Part shown: one piece after another, positions 5,915 through 15,397 of the stretch
How the letters are laid out: the number at the start of each line of letters is the position of its first letter
How positions within the stretch are numbered: position 1 is the first letter of the stretch
IMG/VR virus record: IMGVR_UViG_3300038608_000010
Coordinates: 1-36,898 of that record
Direction: 5' to 3' (one strand)
DNA length: 36,898 nucleotides
Source: a virus
Lineage: Duplodnaviria > Caudoviricetes
Translations under genes and position numbers: made by a program
The notes under the pieces: generated by a model
Database searches by the model: none
Seen by the model: the letters and a program-made list of their open reading frames with translations, nothing else
What the model was told of the DNA's origin: nothing

Positions 5915-6620
5915 GGTGCCCGCCGACACGCATATTGATTACGAGAACGACCAGCACTACCACAGCCTAATCCCTGTGGGCCGCCTTTGTGCCGAGGCAT
6001 TAGCCGAGATTGAGAGATTGCAGAAGGCAGCCATTGCTCTCTACAACCACGACATCGAGCCTGTGTGTATGCAACCGATGACGTTCAACCAACTCTGCAA
6101 GGGCTGCACCGCCGAAGAACGCAAGGCGCTGGCCGAGCATCTAGCGCTTCTGAGGATGCAAGCTACGCTCGAATTAGGGAAAGAGCCGCCTGCTGCGCCA
6201 GTTGTCGATCATGTATGCGATTTCCGCAGCTCCGGCAACATGACCGGAAAGCGCGGCAACTATTGCGTTATCTGCGGTGAGCGTGAGGGATTCAAACTGG
6301 CCGCTGCTGCGGGGGATGCGCAGGTGGTGGCGCTGTCAACACAAGCGATGAAGTTCATCGACACTTGGGCCGTGGAAACGTGCGGGCTTGATCCGCACGA
6401 CGCTGGCATTGCGTATGCGTGCAAGCAGATCAAATCCATGCTCGCATCCGCCTCACCTCCGCAGGAGCCTCAGGATGTGACTGATGCGATGGTAAAAGCC
6501 AGCTTCCGTGCGTATGAGGAAGCAACTGGAGAGCGCCTGCCGGATGCAGATGGCGCTGATTACAAGATCATGCAGGCCATTCTGGAAGCCGCACTGGCCC
6601 AACGGGAGCAGAATGGATGA
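5868..6620 (+). CDS. mosaic Ea/Ead-like early phage protein
   Basis: GGAG RBS; AEIERLQ and VTDAMVKA...AILEAALA modules typical of phage early ORFs. Confidence 0.65.
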   Translation: MMTTPMKTPLTDLLRKVPADTHIDYENDQHYHSLIPVGRLCAEALAEIERLQKAAIALYNHDIEPVCMQPMTFNQLCKGCTAEERKALAEHLALLRMQATLELGKEPPAAPVVDHVCDFRSSGNMTGKRGNYCVICGEREGFKLAAAAGDAQVVALSTQAMKFIDTWAVETCGLDPHDAGIAYACKQIKSMLASASPPQEPQDVTDAMVKASFRAYEEATGERLPDADGADYKIMQAILEAALAQREQNG

Positions 6621-6904
6621 TCACAAACGAGAGATACCTGCAGCTGGCGCTGGAGTGCGACGGTGACCCAGACCAGTGGGCCATCACTGAAGATGACCTC
6701 CTCGCCCTCTGCGCCCGCGTCGCCACCGAGGCCCGGGCGGAGCAGATCAGGATAGATGCGGGGATTTGTGATGCGCTGTACAACAAACGCGATGGCCGGA
6801 ATCTGACAGATCAGGAGCAAGGCGTTCTGAACGGGTTGGCGCAGGCCGAAGATTCGATCCTCGCCCAGCTCCCCGAGAACGAACGGGCGGGAGGTGAGGG
6901 ATGA
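6617..6904 (+). CDS. hypothetical phage protein
   Basis: ATGA overlaps at both ends. Confidence 0.65.
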   Translation: MITNERYLQLALECDGDPDQWAITEDDLLALCARVATEARAEQIRIDAGICDALYNKRDGRNLTDQEQGVLNGLAQAEDSILAQLPENERAGGEG

Positions 6905-7086
6905 GCAAGCAGAAACCGGAGCAGAAGCCGCTCTATTGCAGCTTCTGCGGCCTATCGGATAACGAGGTCGCGGCGCTGATCGCGGGGCCATGCGTCTACA
7001 TCTGTAATAAGTGCGTGGCGGTGTGCTTTGACATCTTGGCCGACCACGCCAGCACTCTGTCGCCGAAAAAGGAGCATACGCCATGA
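6901..7086 (+). CDS. ClpX C4-type zinc finger protein
   Basis: YCSFCG...[16 protein letters not shown]. Confidence 0.9.
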   Translation: MSKQKPEQKPLYCSFCGLSDNEVAALIAGPCVYICNKCVAVCFDILADHASTLSPKKEHTP

Positions 7087-7457
7087 GTCCCGCAACGCTG
7101 CGGAAGGTGCGGGAGGCGCTGGAGTGGCTGCTTGAAACTGTGGAAGATCAGCGGCTCCGGATCGACGGCATCATGCAGGGCTGCGCCGACCGCGGGATCG
7201 ATGGCACGACGCCGGCGCTGCTGCTGATCGCGCGACTGGAAATGGAGCTTGAACGGCTGCGCGGCCCGATCCGCACCTCAGAAGCCGTGGACTGGAGCCT
7301 GTCATCTGCCGAAATCGACCAGCAGTTTCGGGCCCTGGTCATTGAGAATGCGCGGCTGACTGCCGCGGTTGCATCATTAGCAGGCACTGCGCCAGCAGCA
7401 GGGCCGAGACCCACGGATTCGGCGGAAACGCCCACACCCACGGGGAGATCCCGATAG
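7083..7457 (+). CDS. hypothetical phage protein, last gene of the early operon
   Basis: AAGGAG RBS and ATGA overlap; converges on the late operon. Confidence 0.6.
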   Translation: MSPATLRKVREALEWLLETVEDQRLRIDGIMQGCADRGIDGTTPALLLIARLEMELERLRGPIRTSEAVDWSLSSAEIDQQFRALVIENARLTAAVASLAGTAPAAGPRPTDSAETPTPTGRSR

Positions 7458-7584
7458 CGGCGGCGGCCGTGCCGAGCCCAGCGATCAGCCAGCGTACCGG
7501 CCAGCGGGTCTCCAGATCCATCCGATCCAAGCGGCAGAATGCCGCCCATACCAGCCATGTTGAAGCGAGCAACTGCAGCATCAT
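7339..7584 (-). CDS. small membrane protein (lysis region)
   Basis: Several hydrophobic segments; coupled to the upstream gene. Confidence 0.6.
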   Translation of the reverse strand: MMLQLLASTWLVWAAFCRLDRMDLETRWPVRWLIAGLGTAAAAIGISPWVWAFPPNPWVSALLLAQCLLMMQPRQSAAHSQ

Positions 7585-7919
7585 TTCCGGGCCTTCTGGA
7601 CCAGCCAGTCGCGGATTTTGAACCAGCCATCCCCGACAAAGGCAATCAGGAAGGCTACAGGGAGCAACAGGGTATTGATCGGCACATCGACCTTGGTCGC
7701 CAGATAGGTCGATGCCAGCATTGCGGTAAACGTGGAGATGGAGACGGCGCGGAAGATGAAGGAGGCGCCGTTGATAGTGCCGAGCTTGGATTCTCGCGAG
7801 AGGGCGACAAAGGCCCCGAACAGGGCCGCCAAGACGATCAGGGCGTATTGGCCGGCAACGGTGGAGGACGCCCCTATGATGCCGGCGGCGATGGCGGTTT
7901 TCTGGGGGTCTTGACCCAT
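7581..7919 (-). CDS. holin-like membrane protein
   Basis: MGQDPQKT...; about 3 hydrophobic segments and a basic C-terminus (QKARK). Confidence 0.6.
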   Translation of the reverse strand: MGQDPQKTAIAAGIIGASSTVAGQYALIVLAALFGAFVALSRESKLGTINGASFIFRAVSISTFTAMLASTYLATKVDVPINTLLLPVAFLIAFVGDGWFKIRDWLVQKARK

Positions 7920-8245
7920 AAATAGCCCACGGCGGCGAGCGCCATCACGAGATAGGGAGCGATCCCGAACTGTTCCAAGCACAAGCCTGACCACAGCGGA
8001 ACCAAGGATTCACCGCTGGCCGTCATGCCGCAGACAGCCGTTTGCGATTCCTCGAACACTCCCAACCAACAGGCCATCAAGGCCACCGGGGTATTAACCG
8101 TCCTGGAGACGAGGAAGAACAGACAAGCCCCTTCGATGCCCCGCAGGACGTAGAATGTCCACGAGGCCTCAGCGGGGCCGTCAGCAAAGAAGGGATAGCC
8201 ATAGTGCGTGGCAAGCACCAGCACTAGCAGCAGGGCGGATTTCAC
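7874..8245 (-). CDS. membrane protein (lysis region)
   Basis: Multiple hydrophobic segments. Confidence 0.6.
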   Translation of the reverse strand: MKSALLLVLVLATHYGYPFFADGPAEASWTFYVLRGIEGACLFFLVSRTVNTPVALMACWLGVFEESQTAVCGMTASGESLVPLWSGLCLEQFGIAPYLVMALAAVGYLWVKTPRKPPSPPAS

Positions 8246-8337
8246 GCCTTGCGCTTGTAGGGGTCGCCCTTCTTGTAGGGGCCTTTGGGACCGGGACCTG
8301 GACCGCCGCCGCTGCCTTTCTTGCTGGTCTTGCTCAT
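8242..8337 (-). CDS. 31-aa Lys/Gly/Pro-rich cationic peptide
   Basis: MSKTSKKGSGGGPGPGPKGPYKKGDPYKRKA*; 4-bp overlaps at both ends; not in the ORF track. Confidence 0.5.
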   Translation of the reverse strand: MSKTSKKGSGGGPGPGPKGPYKKGDPYKRKA

Positions 8338-8549
8338 CGTTTTCTTTCCAGTTGTTGTACGCGCGTTTCCAAGCCCTCGGCGTAAATCAGCAGATGTTCA
8401 CTCGCCGTGAGCGACTGTTCAATGATACCGGCAACGTCTGAAGAACGCATCAGCATCAGCTTGGGGAGCGAGATTTTCTCGCCGAACACCGAGCGGATAC
8501 GCTGCCGCAAGCCGGCCAGATCCTGCCGTACCCTAGAGAGCGGTTCCAT
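8334..8549 (-). CDS. hypothetical coiled-coil protein
   Basis: MEPLSRVRQDL...LETRVQQLERKR. Confidence 0.55.
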   Translation of the reverse strand: MEPLSRVRQDLAGLRQRIRSVFGEKISLPKLMLMRSSDVAGIIEQSLTASEHLLIYAEGLETRVQQLERKR

Positions 8550-8697
8550 CTTGCTTGAGCAGCGCGGCGAGGCCGAAGAGAAAGGCGGGGATGCCGGTGG
8601 CATAGTCGCCCTCGAGAATCTGGCCTACCGCGATGATGATCGCGCCGATGCCAGCATGGGAGGAGGGTTCCTTCAGACGGTAGAACAGGTAGCTCAT
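8533..8697 (-). CDS. small two-TM holin-like protein
   Basis: AAGGAG RBS; MSYLFYRLKEPSSHAGIGAIIIAVGQ... with an RLKEPS motif; not in the ORF track. Confidence 0.6.
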   Translation of the reverse strand: MSYLFYRLKEPSSHAGIGAIIIAVGQILEGDYATGIPAFLFGLAALLKQDGTAL

Positions 8698-8945
8698 GGT
8701 TTCTCCTTCAACAGCTGGTCCAGCTCGGGAATTTCAAGCTTGCGCCGGCCGCTGACGAGCTTCACCGCGCCGTGCAGCTGGATCACGGCGCCGGTGAGGG
8801 TTTCCACCCGCTGGCGGTCCTTTCGATTCTGGCGTTCGCATTCCCGGCCTCGGTAGAACAGGTAGGCGATGAACACGAAGCTCAAGAGCGTGCCGCCGTA
8901 GTTGCTGGCGAGGAAGCTGAGGACGGCATGCAGGAGATCGCTCAC
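8694..8945 (-). CDS. single-TM protein next to the endolysin
   Basis: N-terminal hydrophobic helix; overlaps the endolysin stop. Confidence 0.6.
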   Translation of the reverse strand: MSDLLHAVLSFLASNYGGTLLSFVFIAYLFYRGRECERQNRKDRQRVETLTGAVIQLHGAVKLVSGRRKLEIPELDQLLKEKP

Positions 8946-9331
8946 GGGTTGAAGACCCGGCGCTTACTGGCGGGCGGGACGATCTGTGCGTGCAGCCAGG
9001 ATTGTGTCCGCTCGGGGCTCTCGATCCACAGCCCAATCCGCGCCAGCTCCGAGAGGTTGTCCAGGCACCAGCGGCCCAGGTCGCCCTTGGGATCGGCGAG
9101 GTCAATTGCCTGCCCGGTCATGTGCTTGCTCTTCGGTGCGCCTCCAGCTTTGGCGTTGATCGCCTTCGGCCGCCAGCCGCTGTTGACCTTGGCGGTCATC
9201 TTCGCGGCGGCGAGCAGCTGGTTGGCACACTCAACGGTGATCTTGGCCTGTGCACAGATTTCGCGGGTGAGTTCGTCGCGGTGAGACTGGTCTCTGCCCA
9301 TATAAAACTCATTCAGGGTGATAACCATCAT
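8942..9331 (-). CDS. endolysin, peptidase M15A family
   Basis: VNSGWR...N...GGAPKSKHMTGQAID and WLH zinc-peptidase motifs. Confidence 0.9.
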   Translation of the reverse strand: MMVITLNEFYMGRDQSHRDELTREICAQAKITVECANQLLAAAKMTAKVNSGWRPKAINAKAGGAPKSKHMTGQAIDLADPKGDLGRWCLDNLSELARIGLWIESPERTQSWLHAQIVPPASKRRVFNP

Positions 9332-11031
9332 TCCACCTCGTAGGTCACGGTGAAGATGAACAGCGGCGTACCGCCAGAGGCTACCTGTGTCGTGGCGAGA
9401 TTGACGTTTGCCACCCCGGAGCCGCTGGCGAGAAAGTTCACGATGGTGGAATTCGCCGCGACACGGGCCACGACGCTGGGCGTTGTTGCCGCAGTCACCC
9501 CGGCATACTGACAGGCGCCACAGTGCAGCACGTTCGACAAGTTGCGGGAGGTGAACGGCAGTCCAGAGATACGAATGTCCCCGCTGGCGGTGGTGTGGGT
9601 GAATGCGGAGGTAATGACCGAGACCGAAATCGTGCAGCGGTTGCCGATGCGGGTATAGCGGCCGATTTGCGCCGAATACGTTACCGCTACATCCCCTGGT
9701 GTAGAAAACGTCAGGACTGGCGTGAATGTGCCTTCCTCGTACCAGTCCAGCGTCCGCGTATCCGATGCGGCAACGTTGCTGAGATACACACCACGACCGA
9801 TTCCGCTAGCCGCAGTGCTCTGCAAACCGAGCATGACGGTGCCGGTACCATTATCAGTGATTGATCCCGTTACTACGCCGCCGTGGAAGGTGTTATAGCT
9901 CGCCCCGGCCTCAAGGTGGATTTCATCACCGCTGTTCGATTCCGAATCGCCGCCGAAGAAAAAGTTATAGTCCGCTCCGGCGCCGAGGCTGATGCCGCGC
10001 CCCGTATTGGATTGGCTGACGATGTTGTAGAAGCTGTTGAGCTGGGCGTTCGTGATTCTCAGCCCTGCGTCGGTATTGGACTGCAGGTCCGCCCCAAAGA
10101 TGGCGCCGCCGTTGGCATCGGCCAGCGTCGGCGAGGTCTTATCGCTCAGGTGAACGCCGTGGCCGCCGTTACTCTTGCACTTGATGTTATAGAACGCGAA
10201 CACGTTAGCGTTGACGCCCGCGTCGGTGCCGACGCGGATGCCATCCCCGCCCATTGAGTAGACGCACACGTCATTGAGATAGAAACGACCAGCCGAGACC
10301 TGAATACCGGCGCCCGTGTTGCCCGCCTGTCCCTTTAGGCCGATGTGCTCCATGCCGCAAGCGCCTGCCGTCACCTCCACCAGTTCTGAGGTCATGGTTG
10401 ATTTCTTTACCAACAGCGTCGGTGTCACGTCGGCCGCCAGTAACGAGGTCCCGGCGCCGATGAACAGAACACGCTTGGACAACACCAACTTGGAACTGAC
10501 CAAGTACTGCCCAGGGGGACAATAGATGCTGCCGCCGTTGGCCGGCAACGCGGTAATAGCGTTCTGGATCGGCGAGGTCACGTCTTCCGCCAAGGTGCCC
10601 GCCTGCACGTCGGCGATCTGCGCTACCGTCATGAAGTCGAAGGCGTTGACGGTATCCCGCAACCGGGATTGCAGAGTTCTGGCTACGGCCCCGGAACCCG
10701 ATTGAATCCAGCCGACGTTGGACGAGCCAGAGCTGCCGGACAGCGACGCCGTGCTCAGCGGTCCGACGATATCGTCCTGCGTCCATACCGTGACATCCGC
10801 TGCGGTCTTCAGCACGAATTTGTAGTTGGTCCCCGCCGTCAGGAACAGCACCGCCTCCCCTCGGGCATTGAGGCCGATGGGATTGGTGTTGGCGACGGAC
10901 CCGGCAGCATCCTGGTAAGTCGTCTGCGGCGTGGTGGTGCCGGCGGCATAGGTGTAGAGCTTGCCGGAGACCAGCGGGGCGCCGACAGCATCCTCGGAAC
11001 TGAACAGCGGGCTCAAAAATGCTACGGCCAT
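9328..11031 (-). CDS. tailspike / receptor-binding protein with a pectate-lyase-like beta helix
   Basis: N-terminal virion-binding domain (GAPLVSGKLYTYAAGTTTP); ARTLQSRLRDTVNAFDF; PIQNAI...IYCPPGQY; C-terminal YEEGTFTP...GRYTRIG. Confidence 0.85.
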   Translation of the reverse strand: MAVAFLSPLFSSEDAVGAPLVSGKLYTYAAGTTTPQTTYQDAAGSVANTNPIGLNARGEAVLFLTAGTNYKFVLKTAADVTVWTQDDIVGPLSTASLSGSSGSSNVGWIQSGSGAVARTLQSRLRDTVNAFDFMTVAQIADVQAGTLAEDVTSPIQNAITALPANGGSIYCPPGQYLVSSKLVLSKRVLFIGAGTSLLAADVTPTLLVKKSTMTSELVEVTAGACGMEHIGLKGQAGNTGAGIQVSAGRFYLNDVCVYSMGGDGIRVGTDAGVNANVFAFYNIKCKSNGGHGVHLSDKTSPTLADANGGAIFGADLQSNTDAGLRITNAQLNSFYNIVSQSNTGRGISLGAGADYNFFFGGDSESNSGDEIHLEAGASYNTFHGGVVTGSITDNGTGTVMLGLQSTAASGIGRGVYLSNVAASDTRTLDWYEEGTFTPVLTFSTPGDVAVTYSAQIGRYTRIGNRCTISVSVITSAFTHTTASGDIRISGLPFTSRNLSNVLHCGACQYAGVTAATTPSVVARVAANSTIVNFLASGSGVANVNLATTQVASGGTPLFIFTVTYEVE

Positions 11032-11046
11032 GGAGGCTCCCAAATG

Positions 11047-11066
11047 GAAAAACCCCTACAGGGGCT
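11047..11066 (-). terminator. probable intrinsic terminator
   Basis: - strand AGCCCCTGTAGGGGTTTTTC: hairpin plus U-tract. Confidence 0.5.
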
Positions 11067-11086
11067 TGTGGTGTTATGCTGCGGCG

Positions 11087-11329
11087 ATGGATGACCAGAC
11101 CTTGAGCCTGATAATCCGCGTCGTCGGGACGGCGCTCGTTCTTGCGTGGTTACTGCCCCGCAGGCAGCGCTGGCAGAACCGCAGCGGTGAGGGGTACGCC
11201 TCCATACTGGCGCGCAAGCTGGGCCGCTGGCTCGGCTACCGCCGGGCGTTGCGCAAGCAGCAGGCGCAACAGCGCATTACCGGGCTGGCTGTAGACCCCA
11301 GCGCCAGCCACAAGCCCCGCCGGGATTAG
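11087..11329 (+). CDS. small antisense membrane protein (moron-like)
   Basis: MDDQTLSLIIRVVGTALVLAWLLP...; one TM; opposite strand; overlaps the 3' end of the injection gene. Confidence 0.4.
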   Translation: MDDQTLSLIIRVVGTALVLAWLLPRRQRWQNRSGEGYASILARKLGRWLGYRRALRKQQAQQRITGLAVDPSASHKPRRD

Positions 11330-12829
11330 CGGATTCACCGCATAGCTGCCGCCCAGCGTCAGTGCGTTGATCAGCGCCCGCGTAGTTGTTCCGGATTCGG
11401 GGATGGTAGACGGCAGCACGCCACGAGCGGCATCTGACAAGTCCTGCATCTTGGCTTGGCCGGTGGCAAAGCGCCCTTTGCCTACCGACTTGTCCGCCGC
11501 CCTTACCGCCCCTTGCAACTGCGGGGCGGTAAATACGCCTTCCGTTGCTCCAACGCGCGATGCGGCATCCCTGAGCACGGCGTAGATGGCGTACCCTTCG
11601 TTGATCTTCGCCAGCCGTTCGGCGTGGGCTGGATTCGCGCGCACCAAGGTCTGCCGCGCCGAGTTCACTACCGACGCCAAGGCATCGCCAAGGCGACGCT
11701 GATCAGCATCCGCTGCGCCGCGATAGGATTTCGCCAGCCGGCCGATTTCGGATTCCGCCAGCTTGAAAGACTCACCGCTCATGTTCCCCTGCGGGGTCAT
11801 GTTGTTGATGAGCTTGTCGCGCAGGATGTTCTGGAACTGCTGCGCCTGCGTCGGCGGCAGGCTGGATGCCATCTGGCTGAGCTGCTGAATCTCGGCCGAG
11901 AACTGCTGATCGGGCTTGAACTGTAACTGCGGCAAAAGCTTGTTATATGCGGCAGAGAGCTTGTCCTTGACCTGTTGCACCGTTTCCCGGCCGGCGCCGG
12001 TCGCTTTCTCACCAATCGGCGCCAGCGCACGATTAGCGGCTGCGGTGTTCATGCTTTCCAGAGACCGCCGCTGCGCCCCTCGAATCGCATCCCCGAGGAT
12101 GGGGACCGAGGTTGCAGCATCTTCCAGCCGTTGCGCAAATCCCCCGAGAAGCTGCCCAGGCGTCAGCTGTACGCCTTCGCTCATGAGCGTCTGTTGCAGG
12201 CGATTGAGCTGGGGCTTGATGACGCGGGCGAGACCCGCCGCGCCCAATTCCGCCAAGGGGCCAGTGGCTGCACCAATTCCGATTTGCTCGGCCTTTTCTT
12301 CCCCGAAATCGCCTTCCGTCACCGGTTGCAGGGCGCCGACCGCCGCGCCGCCGGCAGCGCCACGCGCCAGAATCGACGCCAGACGGTTGCCGATCTGCGG
12401 GACGGCCGCCACTGCGCGACCGGCGACGGCAAGATTGGCTGGGCTCAGGATGTTTCCGCCGAGACGATAGGCGTCAATGCCTTGCTGTCCCGTTGCTTCT
12501 CGGGCCGCCTGCAGTTCCTGCTCCGCTCCTCGTCCCATCTGATCGACGCGCTGCGCTTCGGAGCCGAAGAAGTCAGAAACCGGATTCGGGGCCATGCCGC
12601 CAAGGCTGGTCAGCTGCTGCAAGCCGCGCGGCAGCAGCTGGGCCCCGGCATCAATTGGATCTCGAAGCCCTTGGAGGATGCGCCCGCCCCGGCTGGAGAG
12701 CATTTCCTGCCGCTTCGTCGGCTCCGCATAAACTCTAACGTCAAGCGGAGTGGCCCCATCCCATGCGATCTGCCCCGGATCAATGGCGTCCGGCTGATCC
12801 CACTGGACTTGCGCGGGATCAATGGCCAT
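11150..12829 (-). CDS. DNA injection / internal virion protein
   Basis: Ala/Gly/Gln-rich helical protein, third of three genes between head completion and tailspike (P22 gp7/20/16 position). Confidence 0.7.
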   Translation of the reverse strand: MAIDPAQVQWDQPDAIDPGQIAWDGATPLDVRVYAEPTKRQEMLSSRGGRILQGLRDPIDAGAQLLPRGLQQLTSLGGMAPNPVSDFFGSEAQRVDQMGRGAEQELQAAREATGQQGIDAYRLGGNILSPANLAVAGRAVAAVPQIGNRLASILARGAAGGAAVGALQPVTEGDFGEEKAEQIGIGAATGPLAELGAAGLARVIKPQLNRLQQTLMSEGVQLTPGQLLGGFAQRLEDAATSVPILGDAIRGAQRRSLESMNTAAANRALAPIGEKATGAGRETVQQVKDKLSAAYNKLLPQLQFKPDQQFSAEIQQLSQMASSLPPTQAQQFQNILRDKLINNMTPQGNMSGESFKLAESEIGRLAKSYRGAADADQRRLGDALASVVNSARQTLVRANPAHAERLAKINEGYAIYAVLRDAASRVGATEGVFTAPQLQGAVRAADKSVGKGRFATGQAKMQDLSDAARGVLPSTIPESGTTTRALINALTLGGSYAVNPLIPAGLVAGAGVYSQPGNALLRLLLAQRPAVAEPAAQLARQYGGVPLTAAVLPALPAGQ

Positions 12830-14052
12830 TACTGTGCCTCCTCAATCGTGCCGTCGGAATACTGGACCACCTTACGGCCATTGTGCGTGCCAGTGCGGAC
12901 AACCGTGCGCTGATTGGGGCCTGCAGGCTGACCAATCCGCAGATTCTTTCCGTATTCCTGCTCCACCACTGACAGCGACTCATCATGCAGCGCCTGCAAT
13001 TGCTCCTGCGCTGCCTGAACGGAATCCAGTTGCATCAGGATCGCTTTCGGGTCATTAGTGTCCGGCATCATCGCGTCCATTGCCCGTTTGGCGTCTCCTT
13101 CGGTCTGCACGCCTTTGGACAACAGCAGGTAGTCGCCGCGCAGCTTTTCCTTGAACCGCTTCAGCTCCAGCAGGCCGCGAGAGTTCTCGCTGCCAGCGCC
13201 GGTAAACTGGCGAACGGCCGCTCCCGCGCGGCTGAGCGGATCGGTCTGTACGCCAGCTGGCGCTGTGCCGGGCGCGGCCTCGCCTTGGACGAGCTGCCGC
13301 ATCTTCTGGATGTTGGCCGACATGGATTCCGCTGCGCGCAAGGCTTCGCGACTGTCCGTGGCCTGCTTCATTATCGTGGCGGGAAGCGGGCGTTCTGTCG
13401 GTGTCTTCGCCGGCAACGCCCCGCCATCCGCCAGCGTCACCGGCCGTGCGGTGCCCTTGAGAGGATCAACCATTACGCCACGCGACGGGTCGTACTGGCC
13501 TTTGTCGAGATCGTAGCCCTTCTGCTTCCATTCCTGTTCGAGCTGGTCCTTGACCGACATCGCCCTCAGTTGCCCAGCATCAACCGCCGCCGGATCGTAG
13601 GTCGGCGGCAGTTTCCCCGCCATCTCGGGATATTCCTGTTCGATCAGCGCCACGGCCTCCGGGTATGACGCAGGGTTTTGTTTTACCCCCGACATGACGC
13701 GCCCAACAAAGTCGAAGCGACCCAAAGTGGATTCCAGCCGCGCTTTGTCAGCGGCGCGCTCTGCCGTCTGCTGCTCGCTGCGCTGCTTCACCAGTCCGGG
13801 GATGGCGCTGCCATAGCCCGCCTTTGCCGCCCCCGGCAGCAGCTTGGAATAGTCAATGCCGCCTTCGGGCGTGTTCGCCATCTGGTAGAGGCGGTTCAGA
13901 CCCTGCGTCTCATCGGATTTCCGCTGTGCTTCGGAGAGCTGCAACTGAGACAGCGCATTCTGCTGTTCGCCCAGCGCTTCCTGCTGGCGCAGCTGCTTGC
14001 CCTGCAGGAAGCTCGTGAAGGGGTTGATCGGCTGAAGTTCTGGCAAAGCCAT
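12829..14052 (-). CDS. DNA injection / internal virion protein
   Basis: Probable start MALPELQ at 14052 (GGAGGG RBS); Gln-rich; synteny. Confidence 0.7.
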   Translation of the reverse strand: MALPELQPINPFTSFLQGKQLRQQEALGEQQNALSQLQLSEAQRKSDETQGLNRLYQMANTPEGGIDYSKLLPGAAKAGYGSAIPGLVKQRSEQQTAERAADKARLESTLGRFDFVGRVMSGVKQNPASYPEAVALIEQEYPEMAGKLPPTYDPAAVDAGQLRAMSVKDQLEQEWKQKGYDLDKGQYDPSRGVMVDPLKGTARPVTLADGGALPAKTPTERPLPATIMKQATDSREALRAAESMSANIQKMRQLVQGEAAPGTAPAGVQTDPLSRAGAAVRQFTGAGSENSRGLLELKRFKEKLRGDYLLLSKGVQTEGDAKRAMDAMMPDTNDPKAILMQLDSVQAAQEQLQALHDESLSVVEQEYGKNLRIGQPAGPNQRTVVRTGTHNGRKVVQYSDGTIEEAQ

Positions 14053-14054
14053 GG

Positions 14055-14900
14055 TTAGCCCCTCCAATTCAGGGAACCGCCACCGCTGCCGGCGGTTCCG
14101 GGCATGTTGTACTGATTGACCTGCGGCTTGTTGCCGCCAAAGTAGTAACCCGCCGCTTGCCCAAGCTGGTTCAAGCCACCGCCAATGGCATTGGCTTGGT
14201 TGATGTACCCGGAGGCGCGAGCATTGCCGGCGTTCTGGATGTTCTGCCCGGCCTGATTGGCGAAATTCTGGCCATAATTGCCAACATTGGTTGTTGCCGT
14301 CTGTCCGGCCCCGGTGAGACCCGCCAGACGGTTCCAGCGGCTGCCGAATTCCTGCGAGGCGAGGTCCTGCGAGTACGCGGCAGTATCTTTCAGCGCCCGG
14401 CCGGACATGAGGCCGCCGCGTGCTGCGGCAGAGCGTTCCAGCGCCTGCTGGCCCTGCTGCATGCGGAACTGATAGCCCGGATCGGCCGCCAGCTGTTGCA
14501 TAGCGGTCCCGGAGAAGGTTGGAAGTCGATAAGACCCAAAAGTCGCTTGAGGCGATTGTTGCGGCTGCGCAATGCGACTGGCGATGCCGCCCCAAAAACC
14601 GCCCGGGTCTGCAACCAGCGGTTTGGCCGGAACAGCGCTTGTGTCAGTCCCAAGGAACTGATCGATATTCGCGGAGGTGACCTGCGGCAAGCCAGCTAGA
14701 GCAAGCAAGGCATTGTTCGCCGAATATCCGCCGAGCTGGAACGGCGCCTGATCGGCGCGCGTCTGCTCGAACATCTCCCGCTGGAGTTGCGTGGCCTTGT
14801 CGGCGCTTCGCGCCTGCTGTTTGCCGGCTTTCCGGGTAGCGCTGCTGCCGATCAAAGAGCTGCCGACTGAGGCGCCTATCGCTACTACGCCCCAGCTCAT
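14055..14900 (-). CDS. DNA transfer protein (P22 gp7-like)
   Basis: DPGYQFRMQQGQQALERSAAARGGLMSG motif. Confidence 0.8.
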   Translation of the reverse strand: MSWGVVAIGASVGSSLIGSSATRKAGKQQARSADKATQLQREMFEQTRADQAPFQLGGYSANNALLALAGLPQVTSANIDQFLGTDTSAVPAKPLVADPGGFWGGIASRIAQPQQSPQATFGSYRLPTFSGTAMQQLAADPGYQFRMQQGQQALERSAAARGGLMSGRALKDTAAYSQDLASQEFGSRWNRLAGLTGAGQTATTNVGNYGQNFANQAGQNIQNAGNARASGYINQANAIGGGLNQLGQAAGYYFGGNKPQVNQYNMPGTAGSGGGSLNWRG

Positions 14901-15397
14901 GACAGCACCTTCATGATTTCTTGTTTCAAGGCTTCAAACTCCGGTTCAGGTTCGATGTGGTCGGCTTCAATGACAACCAGATCCTCGGTATTGGTGGGGT
15001 TGAGATGGACCGTGACGAAGACGCAATCTTCATGAGCTAGCACCACGCGCTTTGCCCCAGGTTGCGAGACATGAACAAACCCCGCCTCAATTTCGACGCG
15101 ATCAAACTCCGTGATAACGGTGGCCCGGCCCTTCGACAGCATCATCAGATGCGCATGCTTGTGGGTCTTGCCAACAACCAACATCCCAGCCGGCATGCAG
15201 AACCGCCGACCATACATTCCTGGCGCAAAGAAATGCTCGGCCTCCGGCATTTCGCATTGGATGGGCAGCATCGCCGCCTGTAGCTGTTCGATTTGTGGCC
15301 GAGTCGGAATTACAGGTACTTCAATATTCGGCGACAAGGTGACGGAATAACTGATCCCATCGGCTTCATATTGAGCAATGGGTTCTAGGTCGTTCAT
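14897..15397 (-). CDS. cupin-like phage protein
   Basis: HFFAPGMYGR...GKTHKHAH...PGAKRV...TVH. Confidence 0.7.
   Translation of the reverse strand: MNDLEPIAQYEADGISYSVTLSPNIEVPVIPTRPQIEQLQAAMLPIQCEMPEAEHFFAPGMYGRRFCMPAGMLVVGKTHKHAHLMMLSKGRATVITEFDRVEIEAGFVHVSQPGAKRVVLAHEDCVFVTVHLNPTNTEDLVVIEADHIEPEPEFEALKQEIMKVLS

Noticed and set aside
14053-14595. N-terminal extension of ORF 12829-14595
   Set aside because: It overlaps the gp7-like gene in another frame; GGAGGG precedes ATG 14052.
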